Counted from the first letter of the stretch, positions 14,567 through 28,619 are shown. The stretch: DNA of 64,000 bases from Octopus sinensis (GCF_006345805.1 NC_042999.1:48484001-48548000); one strand, 5' to 3'. The notes: generated from the sequence alone by a model not told the origin. Made by a program: numbers and translations.

Positions 14567-14640
<74 letters not shown>

Positions 14641-15764
14641 CAATGTATACGGGCTATTCATATATACCTATCTCTCTATAATTATGTCTAGCTATATTTC
14701 TATGTATATACATATGTGATTGTAGGTGTGTGTGTGTGTGGATGGTCGGGGTGTATACATCCCTATGATTTGGACATCAAGGCATGCCTCTTGAATTTTA
14801 TTCAATCTACCTGAATGAGAGACACGTATCTTGAAGTGGCTGTCAAACAGTTACAACACATACTTATAATATATACATACATAAATGAATACACACACGC
14901 ACGAACACACATATATATGTACGTATGTATGGATGTATTTATATAGGTATACTAGCAGTATAACCCGGCCTTGCCCGGGATTAAGTACGATTATTAAGCT
15001 AATCAAGTTCTTTATTTCAAACCAAACTAAGTAATATCGACGTCAAATTTGGGCAAAATCTGTTGAAATTGGTTATATTATATATATATATTAAATATAT
15101 TATATATAATATAATATAATATAAATATATATGGACAACAGACACGAACACACATGTACGTACGTACACCTATTGCATGTTTTGTGCATGCATACATGTT
15201 CATAAACAGAAATGAATGGGAAAATGTTGTTAAATTTGTAGATTAGCACTCGGACGATTTTCAGTAAGAAAAATAATCGGATTTTTTGGGGTGGAATCAA
15301 CTAATCTGGCCTTTTAATATGATACAAAACCCTTTTTGTGGTCCGTGAAACAGAGTTGGTGTGGTGGAAGCCTCGGAAATTGTACCCATTTATATTGTGC
15401 AATTCAGTGACAAATTGCTACTCACCTCTTTGTTTCTTTGTTGTTAAATAAATGGATTGTCAACAAAACACTTTTTTACTCGGCGTAAAATAAAAACAAA
15501 ACTCTTTCGCACCCAAAGTAATGTGTGAGAGAGGGGGGAAGAAAGATGAAATATTTAAAATGAATAAATGATTTAAAATAAATATATTGTAATTGTTGTG
15601 TGAGAAAGTATATATACTATGATTATAAAATATAGTATCTTTCAAAAACTTCCTAAATTTGAACACTATATCTCATGTTTAAAAAAAGACAACTCATTTT
15701 ACTTTTTATATTTTATGAAAGTCGTCACTTATCCTCTCTCTCTCTCTCTCTCTCTCACTTTTTC

Positions 15765-16145
15765 AAAAATATTTGGGGAAAATTTTCAAAATTTCTTGGG
15801 GCATATTTTCAAAAAATGTTTCTAAAATTTTGGGGAAAATTTTCGAAATACTTTTCAAAAATTTTGGAGGAAAATTTTCAAAAAGTTTTTCTAAAATTTT
15901 GGGGAAAATGTTTGGGGAAAATTTGCCAAAATATTTTCAAAGATTCTTGGGGAAAATTTTCAAAAAATTTTTCTAAACTTTTCTGGAAAATTTTCGAAAT
16001 AATTTTCCAAAATTCTTGGGGAAAAGCTTCAAAAACTTTTCCAATAATTTCTGGGGGAAATTTTCAAAAAGCTTTCCAAAAAGTTTTGAGGAAATTTTTC
16101 AAAAAACTTTTTTTTAATTTTTGGGAAAAATTTTCAAAAATGTCT
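15765..16145. repeat. Degenerate ~22-35-bp minisatellite (ggggaaaattttcaaaaa...ttttctaaaatttt)
   Basis: More than 10 imperfect units visible. Source of the spurious F/K/G-rich ORFs 15675-16157. Confidence 0.85.
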
Positions 16146-17529
16146 GAGACAATATGATGTTTTTACTATATTGTGTGTGTCCTTTTAATTAATTTTTTTT
16201 AAACTAAACAATTTCGAACTTCCGTTACTGGTAGAATGTGACACGAAACTCTCAGTTTTTTACTTACTTTCTAACTTCTGCCGATGATATATATATATAC
16301 ATATTACATAAATGTATAAAAACAATCTTGTCCCGCAATCGAACCAATGACAGATCCTCTACCTGGTCGCTCCACACGTTACAAATAGCAGCCAAAGTAG
16401 CCCCCTACCTAAATCACACGCCCATTGTATGTAATGTCCTAGATTATCCCTAAAAAGTCGGTTTGCTGAAGACTGGAATGTCTTTGATGATACGTTTTCA
16501 GTATCAGGGTTGATTTGGGCTAAATAACAACATTATAGTCAATTTCTATATTAACACCCGCATGATTTTCACTAAGAGAAAAAAGATTTTTTGCGTGGAA
16601 TCAAGACCTTGATCTCCTAATTTGCTGCAAATCCCTTATTTTGGTTCGGAAAAAATTAGGTGGGGTTCACCCTCCCAATCCCGGAATCTATCGAAATGTT
16701 TTTTCGTTGAATGAGTTCCTGTGACCTCCTAATATTGCAAAATTAGGTTACTTAAAGTGAGCCTGGTAACTCCATCGTTTCGGGATCTTGTTGTTTGTAA
16801 TTCTTGGTGATCCATGGTGCAACCATTAACATGGTAAAAATCCCTGCCATAAATTTGGTGTAGATGGGTAATATCAAATAATTCAATCACAACATATATT
16901 TAAATTCTTATAACAGCAGTGTCTGGAAAAATCATGGATGATTGCATGGAAAAATGCAAGCATGAAAAATAAGATTCTTACGATTATAAACCTGGAAAAG
17001 TACAGGACAAGTTATTACACCTGTAAGAGTATAGGACAAGCTATTACTTCAAGTAAAGTATAAGAAACTTTTACTTAAAATATTGCAGCTAAAATTAAAA
17101 TTTGAATATAAAAAATTATTTTATTATAGTTTTCAAATCACACCAGACATATTTAAGTACAATTTGGCTACTTTACTACTTTAAATACAGAAAATAGTGA
17201 CTAATTAGAAAAACTTGCAGATTAGCTGAACAGTGTTGCGCAATAAAAGATGAGAACTCTAAAGAGTGATAAATTAGAAGAAGTGGCATTCTTTGTTGCA
17301 ATATTTTAAGTAAAAAGTTTCTTATTCTTTATTTTACTTGAAGTAGTAGTTTGTCCTATACGTTCACAGGTGTCATTACTTGTCCCTTACTTTTCCAGGT
17401 TTATAATCTTAAGAATATTACTTTTCATGCTTGCATTTTTCCATGTATATATATAAATACATGACAGTACATGAGGTTTGTTAAAAAAAACGGGGATCAT
17501 GTATATACCTCCTGGCTGTTGAGATTATA

Positions 17530-20390
17530 ACACCTCGTAAACAATGTTTCATGTTTTTCCTTGTGGAGCATATACAAAAAGGTTTCTTTTGTTTCCTACT
17601 CTTGAGCAACCAACATACATTTGCTCATGCGAGATGCAGGGCTCCTCCAAGAGATGACCAGCTACAGAGAGGGTTTGACCCTGAGATTTTTTAATGGGCA
17701 TGACAGAGCTGACACGAAGGGGGAATTGCAGTCTTCTGAATGTAAATGGAATTTCTGCTCCTGATGGAGTAAGAGGAATTCTTGGAATAAAGACGTCATC
17801 ACCTTTTCCACACCCAGAAAGAATGATCTCCTCGATAACGTGTGACATCATTTTCTTTATCACCAGTCGTGTTCCATTGCAAAGTCTTGGTGGTTTCAGA
17901 TTGTGGAGTAGCATTACAGGAGTTCCAACTTTAAGTGCTAATATGTGTGGAGTTAGTCCAGGAGGCTCCAGTGAATTGAGAAATTCAGGAGGATAGTTCA
18001 CAACTTCATTTATATCTGGAATTGTATCAACAGACCTGTAAGTGTGTATAGTGCCGGGAAGAGAATGCATTAGCTGTTGATTAAATTTATTAACAGCGAC
18101 GTTTTTTGGAGCTAATATTGCTCTTTCACACAGCCAATTGTGATTCTGGTAGTTTTGTGTGAAATTGGGAAATACCTCGTTTTTGAGGTCATCTACAGAA
18201 TTAACAACAGAGGAAAATGACCACACTTCCATTTGTCCTGCATCATCTAGAGGCATCGCCTTCACCAAGTGTCAAAATGTCCTGTGCAAACTTTGTGGAC
18301 ATTTTGTCGCCGTGTAGCTGAGCTCTCATGTTAGTGGTGAGACTGAGGATTGTAACATGATGCCACAGGGTAGAGGACTTTAGGCATGCTTAGACTTCAT
18401 CTGCTCTAGTGCCTTTCGGAATGACAGGAAGAGTTTGCCTGAAATCACCTGACAACAGAAGCGTTACACCTCCCATTGGAGCCTGACAGTCTCGGATATC
18501 TTTCAGGGCTCTATCTAATGCTTCCAAATCTCCCTTGTGAGCCATAGTGCACTCGTCCCAGACAATTAGATGACACATTTTAAGTACTTGTCCCCGATCT
18601 GAGCATTTGTTGATGTTGCATGAAGGCATTTCGGATGCTGCTAAATTGAGAGGGAGTTTAAAAGTTGAGTGTGCTGTCCTGTCACCGGGTAACAAAGTAG
18701 CTGCAATGCCTGAGGAGGCTACTGCTACTGCAATGTCCTGATGCTGCCTAACTTCTGCAAGGAGAAGCTTTGTAATAAATGTTTTTCCTGTCTCTCCAGG
18801 AGCATCGAGGAAGAAGATTCGTCCCTCGCGTTGGCGTACACTGTTAAGAATAGTTCTGTAGGCCTGCAGCTGGTCCGGAAGTAATTTAGGCTCATTTTCA
18901 ACAATGTAATTTGAAAGCGCTTGATTGTCGTAGGTTGTTTCACGAATGAAAGCAGAGGGAAGGCTATTTGACCCAGACCCGAATGCTTGTGGCAGGCCAT
19001 ACGTCGACAATTCATTTCCACCCAGTTTAGCAATTCTGTCTTAATGTCAATGAGTGTTTTGTTATAGATTTCATTGCTGATACCCTCCATGTCAGGATAG
19101 AGCAGTTGAGCTTGGCACTGAACGTCTTCAGCCAGGTTGTCTCTATATTTGAGCCATGGAGTGGCCGGATCACACAGTTCGCATGCCTGTAGTAATACTG
19201 CAAATACTGAGACTTTTAGGTGATTATGATAAAGCAGCCTCTCCTAAAGTTGCATCCCATTGTGCAACATCTTCTAACAGACCTTGTCGATAGCAGGCTT
19301 CTCTGTATGTTGTGCAGACATGTCCATGAACGGATTTTAGGGCCTGGAAAGACGTTGGCCCTCTGACCTTATGCAATAGTAGACGAAGGTAGAAGCACTC
19401 TTGTTGAGTGGGATGCACTATGTATATTCGCCCAAGGCAAGTGTGAAACTTAATGCCAGGGTATCCATGGACATTTTGACCTTCTTTCCGTGGGGCCCAT
19501 TTTTTTCCATTCCAAGTGTAGTACGATGCAATCTGTGGATATAGCAAGGTTTGAGCGAATGGATCCACTTGACAAAGCTTGAAGAATGCAGTGAGTGTGC
19601 TATCCCTTGGTTCCTCTGCCAACAGAGAAGCATTAGTATCGGTGAAGTACACTCTTTGACCAGGTGCACTGCAAGCTGTTGAATGGTGGGGTGTCGTTGG
19701 TGAATTGGAAAGCCAAAGATACGCCAGAAAGCATCGTTGCTACTTATGTACCGTTCCACCTGATAATGCGTCACCTCATCCTGGCAGTATTCTTGTTGAT
19801 GTCCAAACATTGCAGCGTCCGAACCCTTGCTCACATATTTGCAAACGTACTTAATGGATTTAAAGGAGTTGCAAAACTCAAAGTTGATGTGAGCATTGAA
19901 AGTCTTTGACAGAAGTGGGCAGTATGGAAAAATCCATTTATTATCAATATCGTGCTGTCCGATAGTTGCTGTGAAACCTCCGTCTTCTGGTTTTCTGCAT
20001 CTGTATGATGGATACCCATCAGCACCTGTCTGAGTTTCTTGTAGGAACCTCCTTGAAATCTTTTTGAACATATGCTGTCCTTCAAGCATGGTGAGTTTAT
20101 GTTGAATCCACACCCACATGGACCATGTACCATGTTTGCTTTAACTATTTCGTATAGTTCTTTGTCTAAAGCTGGATCAGGAAGCTCTGCAGAGATTATG
20201 TTGTCGATGTCATTGGAATTGATCTTCGCTGAGAGTCAAAGCAGGATATGAGCATGTGGAAGGCCCCTTTTTTGCCACTCGATTGTGCACATGTCACATT
20301 GTATGGGCCCAAAGACTTGCCCTTTTTGTATGAGCTCCATGAGAGAGATTAACTTGAGATGGAAAACCCGGGCGTTCAGATTCCGGTTCG
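17530..20390 (-). pseudogene. Helitron Rep/PIF1-helicase, frameshifted
   Basis: HUH motif EWQKRGLPHAHILL, MVHGPCG, IKYVCKYVSKGSD, Walker A variant APGETGKT, Walker B IVWDEC, GDFRQTLPVI, LCNGTRL, KSQGQTL. Split across six ORFs. Confidence 0.95.
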
Positions 20391-20504
20391 AATGTAAGGC
20401 AGGTTTGAAAGTGTTCCCAACATTATTTGTTGTAGTGGTAGAGGGTTTATGCCGAATAAGTACGTATGCATGTATACATATGTATGCATGCCTGTATATA
20501 TGTA

Positions 20505-20637
20505 CAAAAGCCACTGAGAAGGCTTTTGTTGGTCTGAGGCTACAGCAGATGACACATGCCAAGTCACCACACAGTGGGACTGAACCCAGGACTATGTGTT
20601 TGGAACGTAGTTTGTTACCACACAGCCACACCTGCCC
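20505..20637 (-). mobile_element. tRNA-derived SINE (second family) near the Helitron truncation point
   Basis: Homologous to 11433-11588 and 60436-60600. Confidence 0.7.
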
Positions 20638-21164
20638 CTATGTATGTGTGTGTGTGCGTATGTGTGTGTGGGTAGATATATTATGCATGTATATATGTGT
20701 ATATATATGTGTACATATTACATGTACATCTATATATATACATCTACACATAAAATACAAAATACAAAGTTATATCTTGATATCGCTAGTGATAACAATA
20801 CTCAAAATATATAACAGACTGGAATTGTAGGCCCGTCTCTTGCAATTTCGATCAATTGGATCTTGTCCTCCCTCTTGTATAGAAGTGTACGGCTGCAGCG
20901 AAATTCATTTTTGGACTTTCTTCTATCGAAGGCATTTTAACAAAAATTCCTCCGCAAAGACGGGGAAAATATTGTTGCTCACGTGACTACAGGCCATTTC
21001 TTTCGCCTCTCGACATTAAAGGATTTAAGGAGGTTATAATAAGGAGAGGTAGCTTAATAAATATATTATACATTTAGTTATCATGAGTGGGGTGGAATTT
21101 AAACTCGGATATGTTGGTGAAAGGATATTTCTCCTGGGTCACCTATAGTATTCATCCCACTACG

Positions 21165-21260
21165 CAACTTAAGTACCAGTTGCGTACTGGGATCGATCTA
21201 ATCGACTGGTCCCTTCCCCCAAAATTTCGGGCCTTGCACCTAGAGTAGGAAAGAACCTAT
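21165..21260 (+). mobile_element. SINE 3' fragment with alternative tail
   Basis: aagtaccagttgcgtactgggatcgatctaatcgactggtcccttcccccaaaattt; similar tail at 61905-61940 (minus). Confidence 0.6.
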
Positions 21261-24200
21261 ATCAAGTAGTATTTACTAAACTCTAGCAGCACCGGCTATT
21301 TGTAACCATGTTAGTAATTAGCAAGTGATTTAACTTGTAATCGTTTAATTAATTTGGGATTTTGTGCTTTGCTTTTTCATAAGTCTGCTAGGCAGAATGC
21401 ACTCAGGAACGTTCAGGCAATTAAGATTTGTCTAGTATAACCACCACTTGGGATTATGACGCCTATTTAAATAGATTTAATATTATTATTTGTGGGTAAA
21501 TGCTCCCCTTAACTGTTCGTTATTTAATGTTGTACGATGGTTTGTTTTCATGTTGGGTGAGTTTATAATGACAGAAGCCGCCTTGGGCCACTTATGACAG
21601 ACTACTCCCCAACACTTTTTATTTACTTCTTTATTTACATCTACCCCTATAACGGTCTAAACTTGCCCTTTATACTTCATGATTGGTCTTCATGCAATAG
21701 ACTAGGTATATTTTTTGCTGCGGTCACTGTTTTTCCAATTTACGCCTAGTTTGAACGCTAGCGTTGTTTCCCATACAGTTGTGTTTTCCCTGTGTCTCTT
21801 CTGGTGCAGGCTTCAAGCCACGCTTGCAAATATCATGCCTGCATGTGTGATTCTGGTGATGGTTACCATAATTTCAGAGTCGAATGCGTATTTATTCTGT
21901 GTCTCGTGGATCATTCAACAAAAAGAGTTTTATAAAGCGTCTATGGTGAACTTAATTTTTATATGAACTTTAAAAGGTCAGCGTATTCATGGCTGCATTA
22001 CTGGTCAAACATTACTGATGGAAGACCCCATAATGTGTCATCTATATAGACCCTTACCTTCAAAAAATTCTTTATCGATTTCTAAAAATTAACAGCGCAA
22101 AATATTATACACACGCACATGTCTTTGTGTATATGCGTGTGCGTGGGTGCGTGTATGCGTGGAATATTATATTTCAGAAAACGGTGCAATTTTAAAAAGA
22201 CAGAACGGACTGGTTGGCGATCAATGTATCTTGAAATATAACAAATGAACAAATAGTAAATTTATGAAAGGTTTTAATCTCATATAATTTTGCTTTGAAT
22301 CATATAACATCGGGCACAGAGAACATCATAAAACTCGAAGAACTATGATTCAAGAAATTAATTTCAATTGTTCGTAGAATTATTCTTGAATTCAACCCGA
22401 GTAAACAATTTATGAGAATGTATTATTCCAGTAATTCTTTGAACATTTCATAATTTCACTATTTTTGTCTTCACTCATATAAATGGATTTGTAATGCAGA
22501 TCATGGTGTTTGAGACGTGATAAAATTATGTTGTATAAACAAAGAAACTGAATGAAAGCGAATAAGTTTTAAAACAGGCAACAATAGAAAGGCTATTTTT
22601 CATATTGCTATTTTTGACTATTTAATTTCCTGTAAAAAGGTATTGGTGTGTGATGGATGTATTGTATCGGATGATCTTAAGAATTTTTGATGTTACAACC
22701 TAGCCTATTCTGCTTTTATTTCAGGTATAATTTGTTAGCTAATTTTTCAATTCTTGAAAAACAATATAATTGTAAGTTATATTCGGCAGGAAAAAAATTG
22801 GCTACTCTTTCTAGCAGATCGTGCGATAACATACACTAAACCTCTTTGGTTCTTCATCAGCAAGGAGTTACTAAGGGGTTTACGATACAAATGTCGTCTA
22901 TCCGTTCATTGGTTTATCTATCAAATGATGTGCTTGGTTCTTTCTGGTGGTTTTTACCATTAATTCCTTTGATTATGTATCACAGAAATGTGAAATAAAC
23001 GAATAGTTTTATCTTTGATATGATAGATCAAGGGCAGGAAATAGTAAAACGGTTGTGATATCTAACATTCTGAACTAAAATCTTAGCAATATCTAATTAG
23101 CCTTTAATCTTTCAGTGGAAATTAAGAACTGTGAAGTAATAATAGTTCCCAACACAAATTCCTGCACACTCTGATGTTCGTATGTTTAATGCCCAATTTT
23201 TAGAGGTATGATGGAAATCCTTTCTGTTAGGACTATGAAGTAGTTTTCTAATATATTATTCAGTTGGCCGATCAATATTATACACATTTTTTTTTTATTT
23301 GAAGGAGAGTTCAATTGCTGTTGTTGCGCAGACCGCAGAACGAATATTATCAAGCAGCTCTTTTTTTTACAAAGCATTCTATGGTGATTCCCTTCCTTTT
23401 TTATGTATTATATATCAAAGGTTACTTTTTTGTATATAATTTTCTGATTTTAAGATGAGAACAACTTCAGTAAAATTTGACTACTATTTTCTTAACTGGC
23501 CAGGCTATCATTTATGGTACCATTCGTTGGCTCCGTGTTTTGATCCTTTTTCAAGGAGGTTATATCTAAATATGAACATCAACATATCTAACTGATGTGA
23601 TTAATCTGACCTACACATATACGAATATGTATGTATTACAAAAGTCTAATCCAACTGATGCTTAAACAATACACAATCTATGTTAACGGGAATTGAAATC
23701 AAACTCAATAATTTTACTTCTCGTTGAAGCGAATAACTTTTCGTTTCGTTTTGACGTCGGTGAGTAAAGAAAATATTGAAGCTTGTGTGTTCGCTGTTAT
23801 TGCTTCGTAGATTACTTCATAGTAAGTCGTACTATGGTGCGCAAGCCGTCTTTTCAAAGAGGGTGCGTGAGACAAAATTTCTTGTCATATCACTCTTGTG
23901 CTGAAGCCACAATTTTAAGTTTTATATGTAGTAAGACGGTGTACGATTGGCAGACTGTAACTCTAGACGAATATTAGGCTTGCCACTATCCTCACAATTT
24001 CTGCGCAACCGAAATGTTGATATTGAGCACTATATATCATGTATCTCTGTGGATATGATACTGCAGGATGGATGAGAGACAGACAAAGATTTTATTATGA
24101 TCTAAGATACTATATAAACGTACTGCTAGTTGGAGCTGGTCTTTCATGTACAAGCATGCGATGGTCGTTTGACGTCTACCGATGCAACAAACTGTGCTAA

Positions 24201-25123
24201 TCGTATATCTAAGCAGTCTTTCAATTTTAGTATGTATCTCTCGTCGAGTCTGTGGTCCGCAGTCAATTTATTATGCATAGTGGGCTGTTTACTTTTATAT
24301 GTAGATTATGTTGCTTACTGTGATGAAATTGCGCTTGCAGATTCAATGGATTTTGTTTTATCTGTGCTCCAATGATGTTTATAATTCCTGTTAACAAAAT
24401 ATTGCTGTTATGATTACTTACAATAGATGTTCGCCTTGTTTTACTCTCATTTGCTAATATTGCTGAGCGGACCTTATGTATTTTAACTTCTAGTATTCTT
24501 GTTGCTGTTTTGTAATTTGCGAACGTGCTATTCGTATATTGTTACACATGGGGTCTGTATGTATGCATTATTATCTTTTTTTCGCTGTAAAGTATGTAAG
24601 AAACAAAATTTGGTAGTGCTACATTAAAGGCTGCTGCATGACCACCATCGAATTTATATTCAATACAGTAGAATGTTATGAAGCGCTTGAGATTTACATG
24701 AGGCTGCTTGTATGATGTTAATAAAGCGTAACAGAAACAGAGTCATCTATAATATTCGGAAACTGACATTTTCTTCATGTATACTCAATAGGCTTGCTGG
24801 TCTTGTAGGCAGTTACTTCGACAGCATTTTCTTATGTTTCCTCATGTATCATTCATAGGAATTTTAATGAATTTTTTACCTTCATGGCCGTGGTAGACTG
24901 AACAATAGATATCGGTGGATTTTGTTGTTGAGTTTTTTTAGCATATTCTAGGGTAGTTTTGCGATAAACGTGTAGCAGTAACATAGCTACCTGAATCTGT
25001 GTTGCAATTTTGCGTGGACAATTGTGAAAGATTGAGGTAAGAATTAGCACTTCGAAACATTAAGAGAACATGGGACACCACATTGTTATTATATGATATT
25101 ACATAATTATCATTATTATTATT

Positions 25124-25259
25124 GAGTGAGAAAGCAGTGCATGCCATCAAAGTGACACCAAGTGATACCAAGCCCAGTATAGCCTGTCATAACTGCCCAT
25201 CCAATAAGGGTACACTAGGCACATGCAACACAACCATATGTGCGTGAGATGGTGATCTC

Positions 25260-25260
<1 letters not shown>
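25124..25260 (-). mobile_element. (TAA)n-anchored non-coding element, copy 1 (shortest)
   Basis: (att)n-gagtgagaaagcagtgcatgccatcaaagtgacac...; homologous to 37411, 45487 and 46763. Confidence 0.75.
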
Positions 25261-25303
<43 letters not shown>

Positions 25304-25388
25304 GTTATCGTTATTATTATTATTTTGATTATTATTATTATTATTATTATTACTATTATTATTATTATTATTATTATTATTGTTATTA

Positions 25389-25730
25389 CTTTTTTTTTTC
25401 TTCTTTCAAATTTTCTTCCATTTCTTGCCGAGTGTCTTCCCGACTCCTAGGGCAAAGAAACTCATAGTGTATATTGGTAGGCCATTAAACCAAACTCAGT
25501 AGTTCGTTAATTTTTTTTTTTTTTAAAGTTAAATTAAAATACATAAGCAGCAACAGTTCTCACATCGACAATGCTCTTCTCAATACGTGTGATGTACCAG
25601 TTAAGACAATCTTTTGCACTTCTTGCAGGGATGGTAAGCCAGGGATCATTCTCATATAATTTTCGGTTCCCTTCTTGATCATTCCTAGTGCTCCTACGAT
25701 CACTGGTATTGTAACCGCCTTGAGATGCCA
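25389..25730 (-). mobile_element. R4/Dong-type non-LTR retrotransposon family A, 3' end
   Basis: WHLKAVTIPVIVGALGMI...QKIVLTGTSHVLRRALSM* plus 3' UTR. (TAA)n on both sides. Confidence 0.85.
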
Positions 25731-25795
<65 letters not shown>

Positions 25796-25797
<2 letters not shown>

Positions 25798-26158
25798 TTG
25801 ATTGACTTTTGCTTTACATTTGTACAAGTTCGCTCCAAATCTCCTCCAGAGACCTCAAGAGACAACAAGTTAGAAGTTCATGTTGGTGTTATGCCTAGGG
25901 TGCCATATATTTGGTTTTGTACATAGTGCTTTTCTAGACAATGTTTAAGAAACTATAAGAAAATTAGGTGTTTGTTTTAAAACTTGAGATTACATAGAAA
26001 GTATTTTGGGGTTTCCTGGTATCTGAGCTAGATAGCAATCAGTCCCTTTTGCTATCATTCCCAGGGCACCTATGACAACACGTATTGTTTTAGTCTTCAG
26101 GTTCCACATTCTGCTAATTTCTATTTCAAGATCTTTATACTTGCTCAGTTTTTGGTAG
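25796..26158 (-). mobile_element. R4/Dong-type family B, 3' end
   Basis: KYKDLEIEISRMWNLKTKTIRVVIGALGMI; flanked by (TAA)n. Confidence 0.75.
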
Positions 26159-26266
26159 TTTTATTATTATTATTATTGTCATTATTATTATTATTATTTG
26201 TATTGCTGTTGTTGTTGTTGTTGTGTTGTTGTTGTTGTTGTTCTTCTTCTCTTCTTCTTCTTCTTC

Positions 26267-26334
<68 letters not shown>

Positions 26335-26348
26335 ATTATTATTATTAT

Positions 26349-28590
26349 ATGTGCGTGACTTTTGATTGTATTTGTACAAATTGATTCCAAGTTTCACCCA
26401 GAGTCCTCAAGAGACAACAAGTTAGAAGTTCAAGTTGCTATTATGCCTGGGGTGATATACAGTTTTGTTTTATACAGAGTATTGTTCTAGAGAATGTTTA
26501 AGAAATAATAAAAAAATTATAAGTTTGTTTTAAAATTTGAGATTACATAGACAGTATTTTAAGTATAAGTATATGGGCAGTTCTCATTAGTATTATCTCT
26601 TACATTTCTGCCATTTTGTGATACCCTCATATATGAGCTAGGTAGGAATCAGCCCCTTTTGCTCTCATAGGGCACCAGTGACAACAGGTATTGTTTTAGT
26701 CATGAGGTTCCACGTATTGCCAATTTATATTTCAAGGTATATATAGCTGCTCGGTTTGCTAGGTCTTGTCAGATACATTTATGTCGATTGGGACAGTCAT
26801 GTCACAGGGTCGGCATGATTTTTGTCTAAAGTCTTTCAATATAATGTCTGACCTATTCGCATTTATCTTTCTTTCAGTTTGAACGGTGAAGTTCCAGAGG
26901 AGTGAAATGTGATCCTTTTCAATCACTGGAGGTTGTTTTTGGTCCTGTTGGGCAGGTCCAGGTTTTTGCAAATTATCCAGTGAATATATTGTGCTGTCCT
27001 ATCATGCATGTTGTGATACTCTGTAGGCGCATGAAGACTGCACATAGATACATGATCAATGGATCCATTTTGTTGTTTGCATGCACAGCATGTTGAGCAG
27101 CTGCCGTACTTTGATATTTTGGCCTGGTAGTTCCATGTTGATAGGCATTGATCTTAGGCTTCTTTGATAAACCCTTCTGTTTCTAATTTTAAGCCAGAAG
27201 ACATTAAAAATTGATAGGTAAGGGCTCTGTCAACATCGACATTATTAGTTCTGTTCGGGTATTTGTTATTGAGAGGGTTTTGTTGCCAATTATCAGTAAG
27301 AATATCTAAGGCAGCAGTTTTAGCACAGGTTTTCATGCAATTAACTTTTTCTGTGCTTTTTTCCAGTACGACTATTTCTGGGATTTCTTGTATTTGGAAT
27401 TCACTTCGATATTCCTTTCCCCGTTTTGTTACAGAGTATAATGCTTTCTTGCTTTCATGCTTTAAAACAAGTTTTAGCGTCTAGTCATCAGAGATTTTCA
27501 GGTAGGTTTTGAGGCCAATTGTGGCATTTTCATTATTAATTCCAGTAGTAAAAGTCCACGGCCACCCTCTTTCTTTGGCTGGTAGAATAATTCTATATCT
27601 GCCTTAGGGTGATGCATTCTATACATTGTCAACAATTTTCGTATTTTTCTGTCAAGATTACACATTTCAGTAATTGATCAGCTAATGATACTGAAACTGT
27701 AAGTCACGATCGGTATGGCTAAAGTATTGATCGCTTCGATCCTGTTACTTGCATTCAGATCCGCCTTGTGTATTGCCCTTACCCTGCGATATCATTCTCT
27801 CCTGATCCATTCCTTCATCATTGAATGTTTGAGTCGATCACCCTCAAATACCCATAGGTATTTGTAGCACTCCACTGTTTCTATCTCCTTTATGGCATTC
27901 TGATGGTCAAAATTAACGTTGGATGTTTCTGTCATGTTTCCTTTGATAAAGGTAGCTTTTGCACATCCATCCAGGCCAAATTGAAACCTGATGTCATCAC
28001 TGAAGTGTTTAACAATTGCTAATAGGACCACATTTGTCGGCCATTTTTGCAAAGAACTTTCAATCATCCATTTAAAAGAGATGATTTATATTTTTATCTA
28101 ATATTTTATTGTCATATTGTATATCGTCGAGCACTTTCGAGTGAGGTTTTACAGCTAGACAAAAAAAGAGTGGTGAAAGAGGGTCATCCTGCAAAATGCC
28201 ACAGGAAATTCTCCAGTATTGAGAGATTTATTGTCACTGTTCAAAGTCAATGTTGTTCTGCGTGATCTCATACATACGGATATACTTATTTTATACATTT
28301 CCAGACATTTCTTAATCCAGCTATGTAGATTAAGACTTACAAGAGCTTTTTTATAATCTAGCCATGCTATCAAAAAGTCTTTTTGACAACTGTGACAATC
28401 TTCCAAGATCTTTTTATTGATGAGTAGCTGCTCTTTACAAGCATAGGACCCGCGTTTACATCCGTTTTACTCATTAAGCAATATGCTTCTTTCTAATAAA
28501 AAAACTGTACGTATATTCTCTCAAGACAGATGATAGATTTTATACATTGTTGTTAAGCAGGTTATGAGCCTATAAATTTTTTGTTCATTT
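26349..28590 (-). mobile_element. R4/Dong-type family B, RT through restriction-like endonuclease, degraded
   Basis: IAWLDYKKA, FSDDIRFQFGLDGCAKAT, SLLWNFTVQTERKINANRSDII, DMTVPID. Frameshifts and deletions. Confidence 0.85.
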
Positions 28591-28619
28591 GTTTCTCCGT
28601 TTTTTTTTCTTTTGGAAAT

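Larger units (their letters stand above)
14952..20395 (-). mobile_element. Helitron, 5'-truncated, 3' terminus intact
   Basis: Rep/helicase coding remnants 17530-20390. Canonical 3' end on minus strand: hairpin cccgggcaaggccggg (14964-14979), then ttatactg, CTAG (14952-14955) and flanking T. Continuity across 15-17.5 kb is inferred. Confidence 0.7.

Noticed and set aside
15675-16157. 160-aa ORF
   Set aside because: Translation of a stop-poor minisatellite (F/K/G/L low complexity).
17694-20830. Plus-strand ORFs 17694-17996, 19664-19909 and 20285-20830
   Set aside because: Antisense shadows of the Helitron coding sequence, or SINE/microsatellite read-through.
24130-24375. Hydrophobic ORF with SSSLWSAV, faintly like an ionotropic-receptor pore segment
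   Set aside because: Similarity too short and no flanking domains or convincing splice context.
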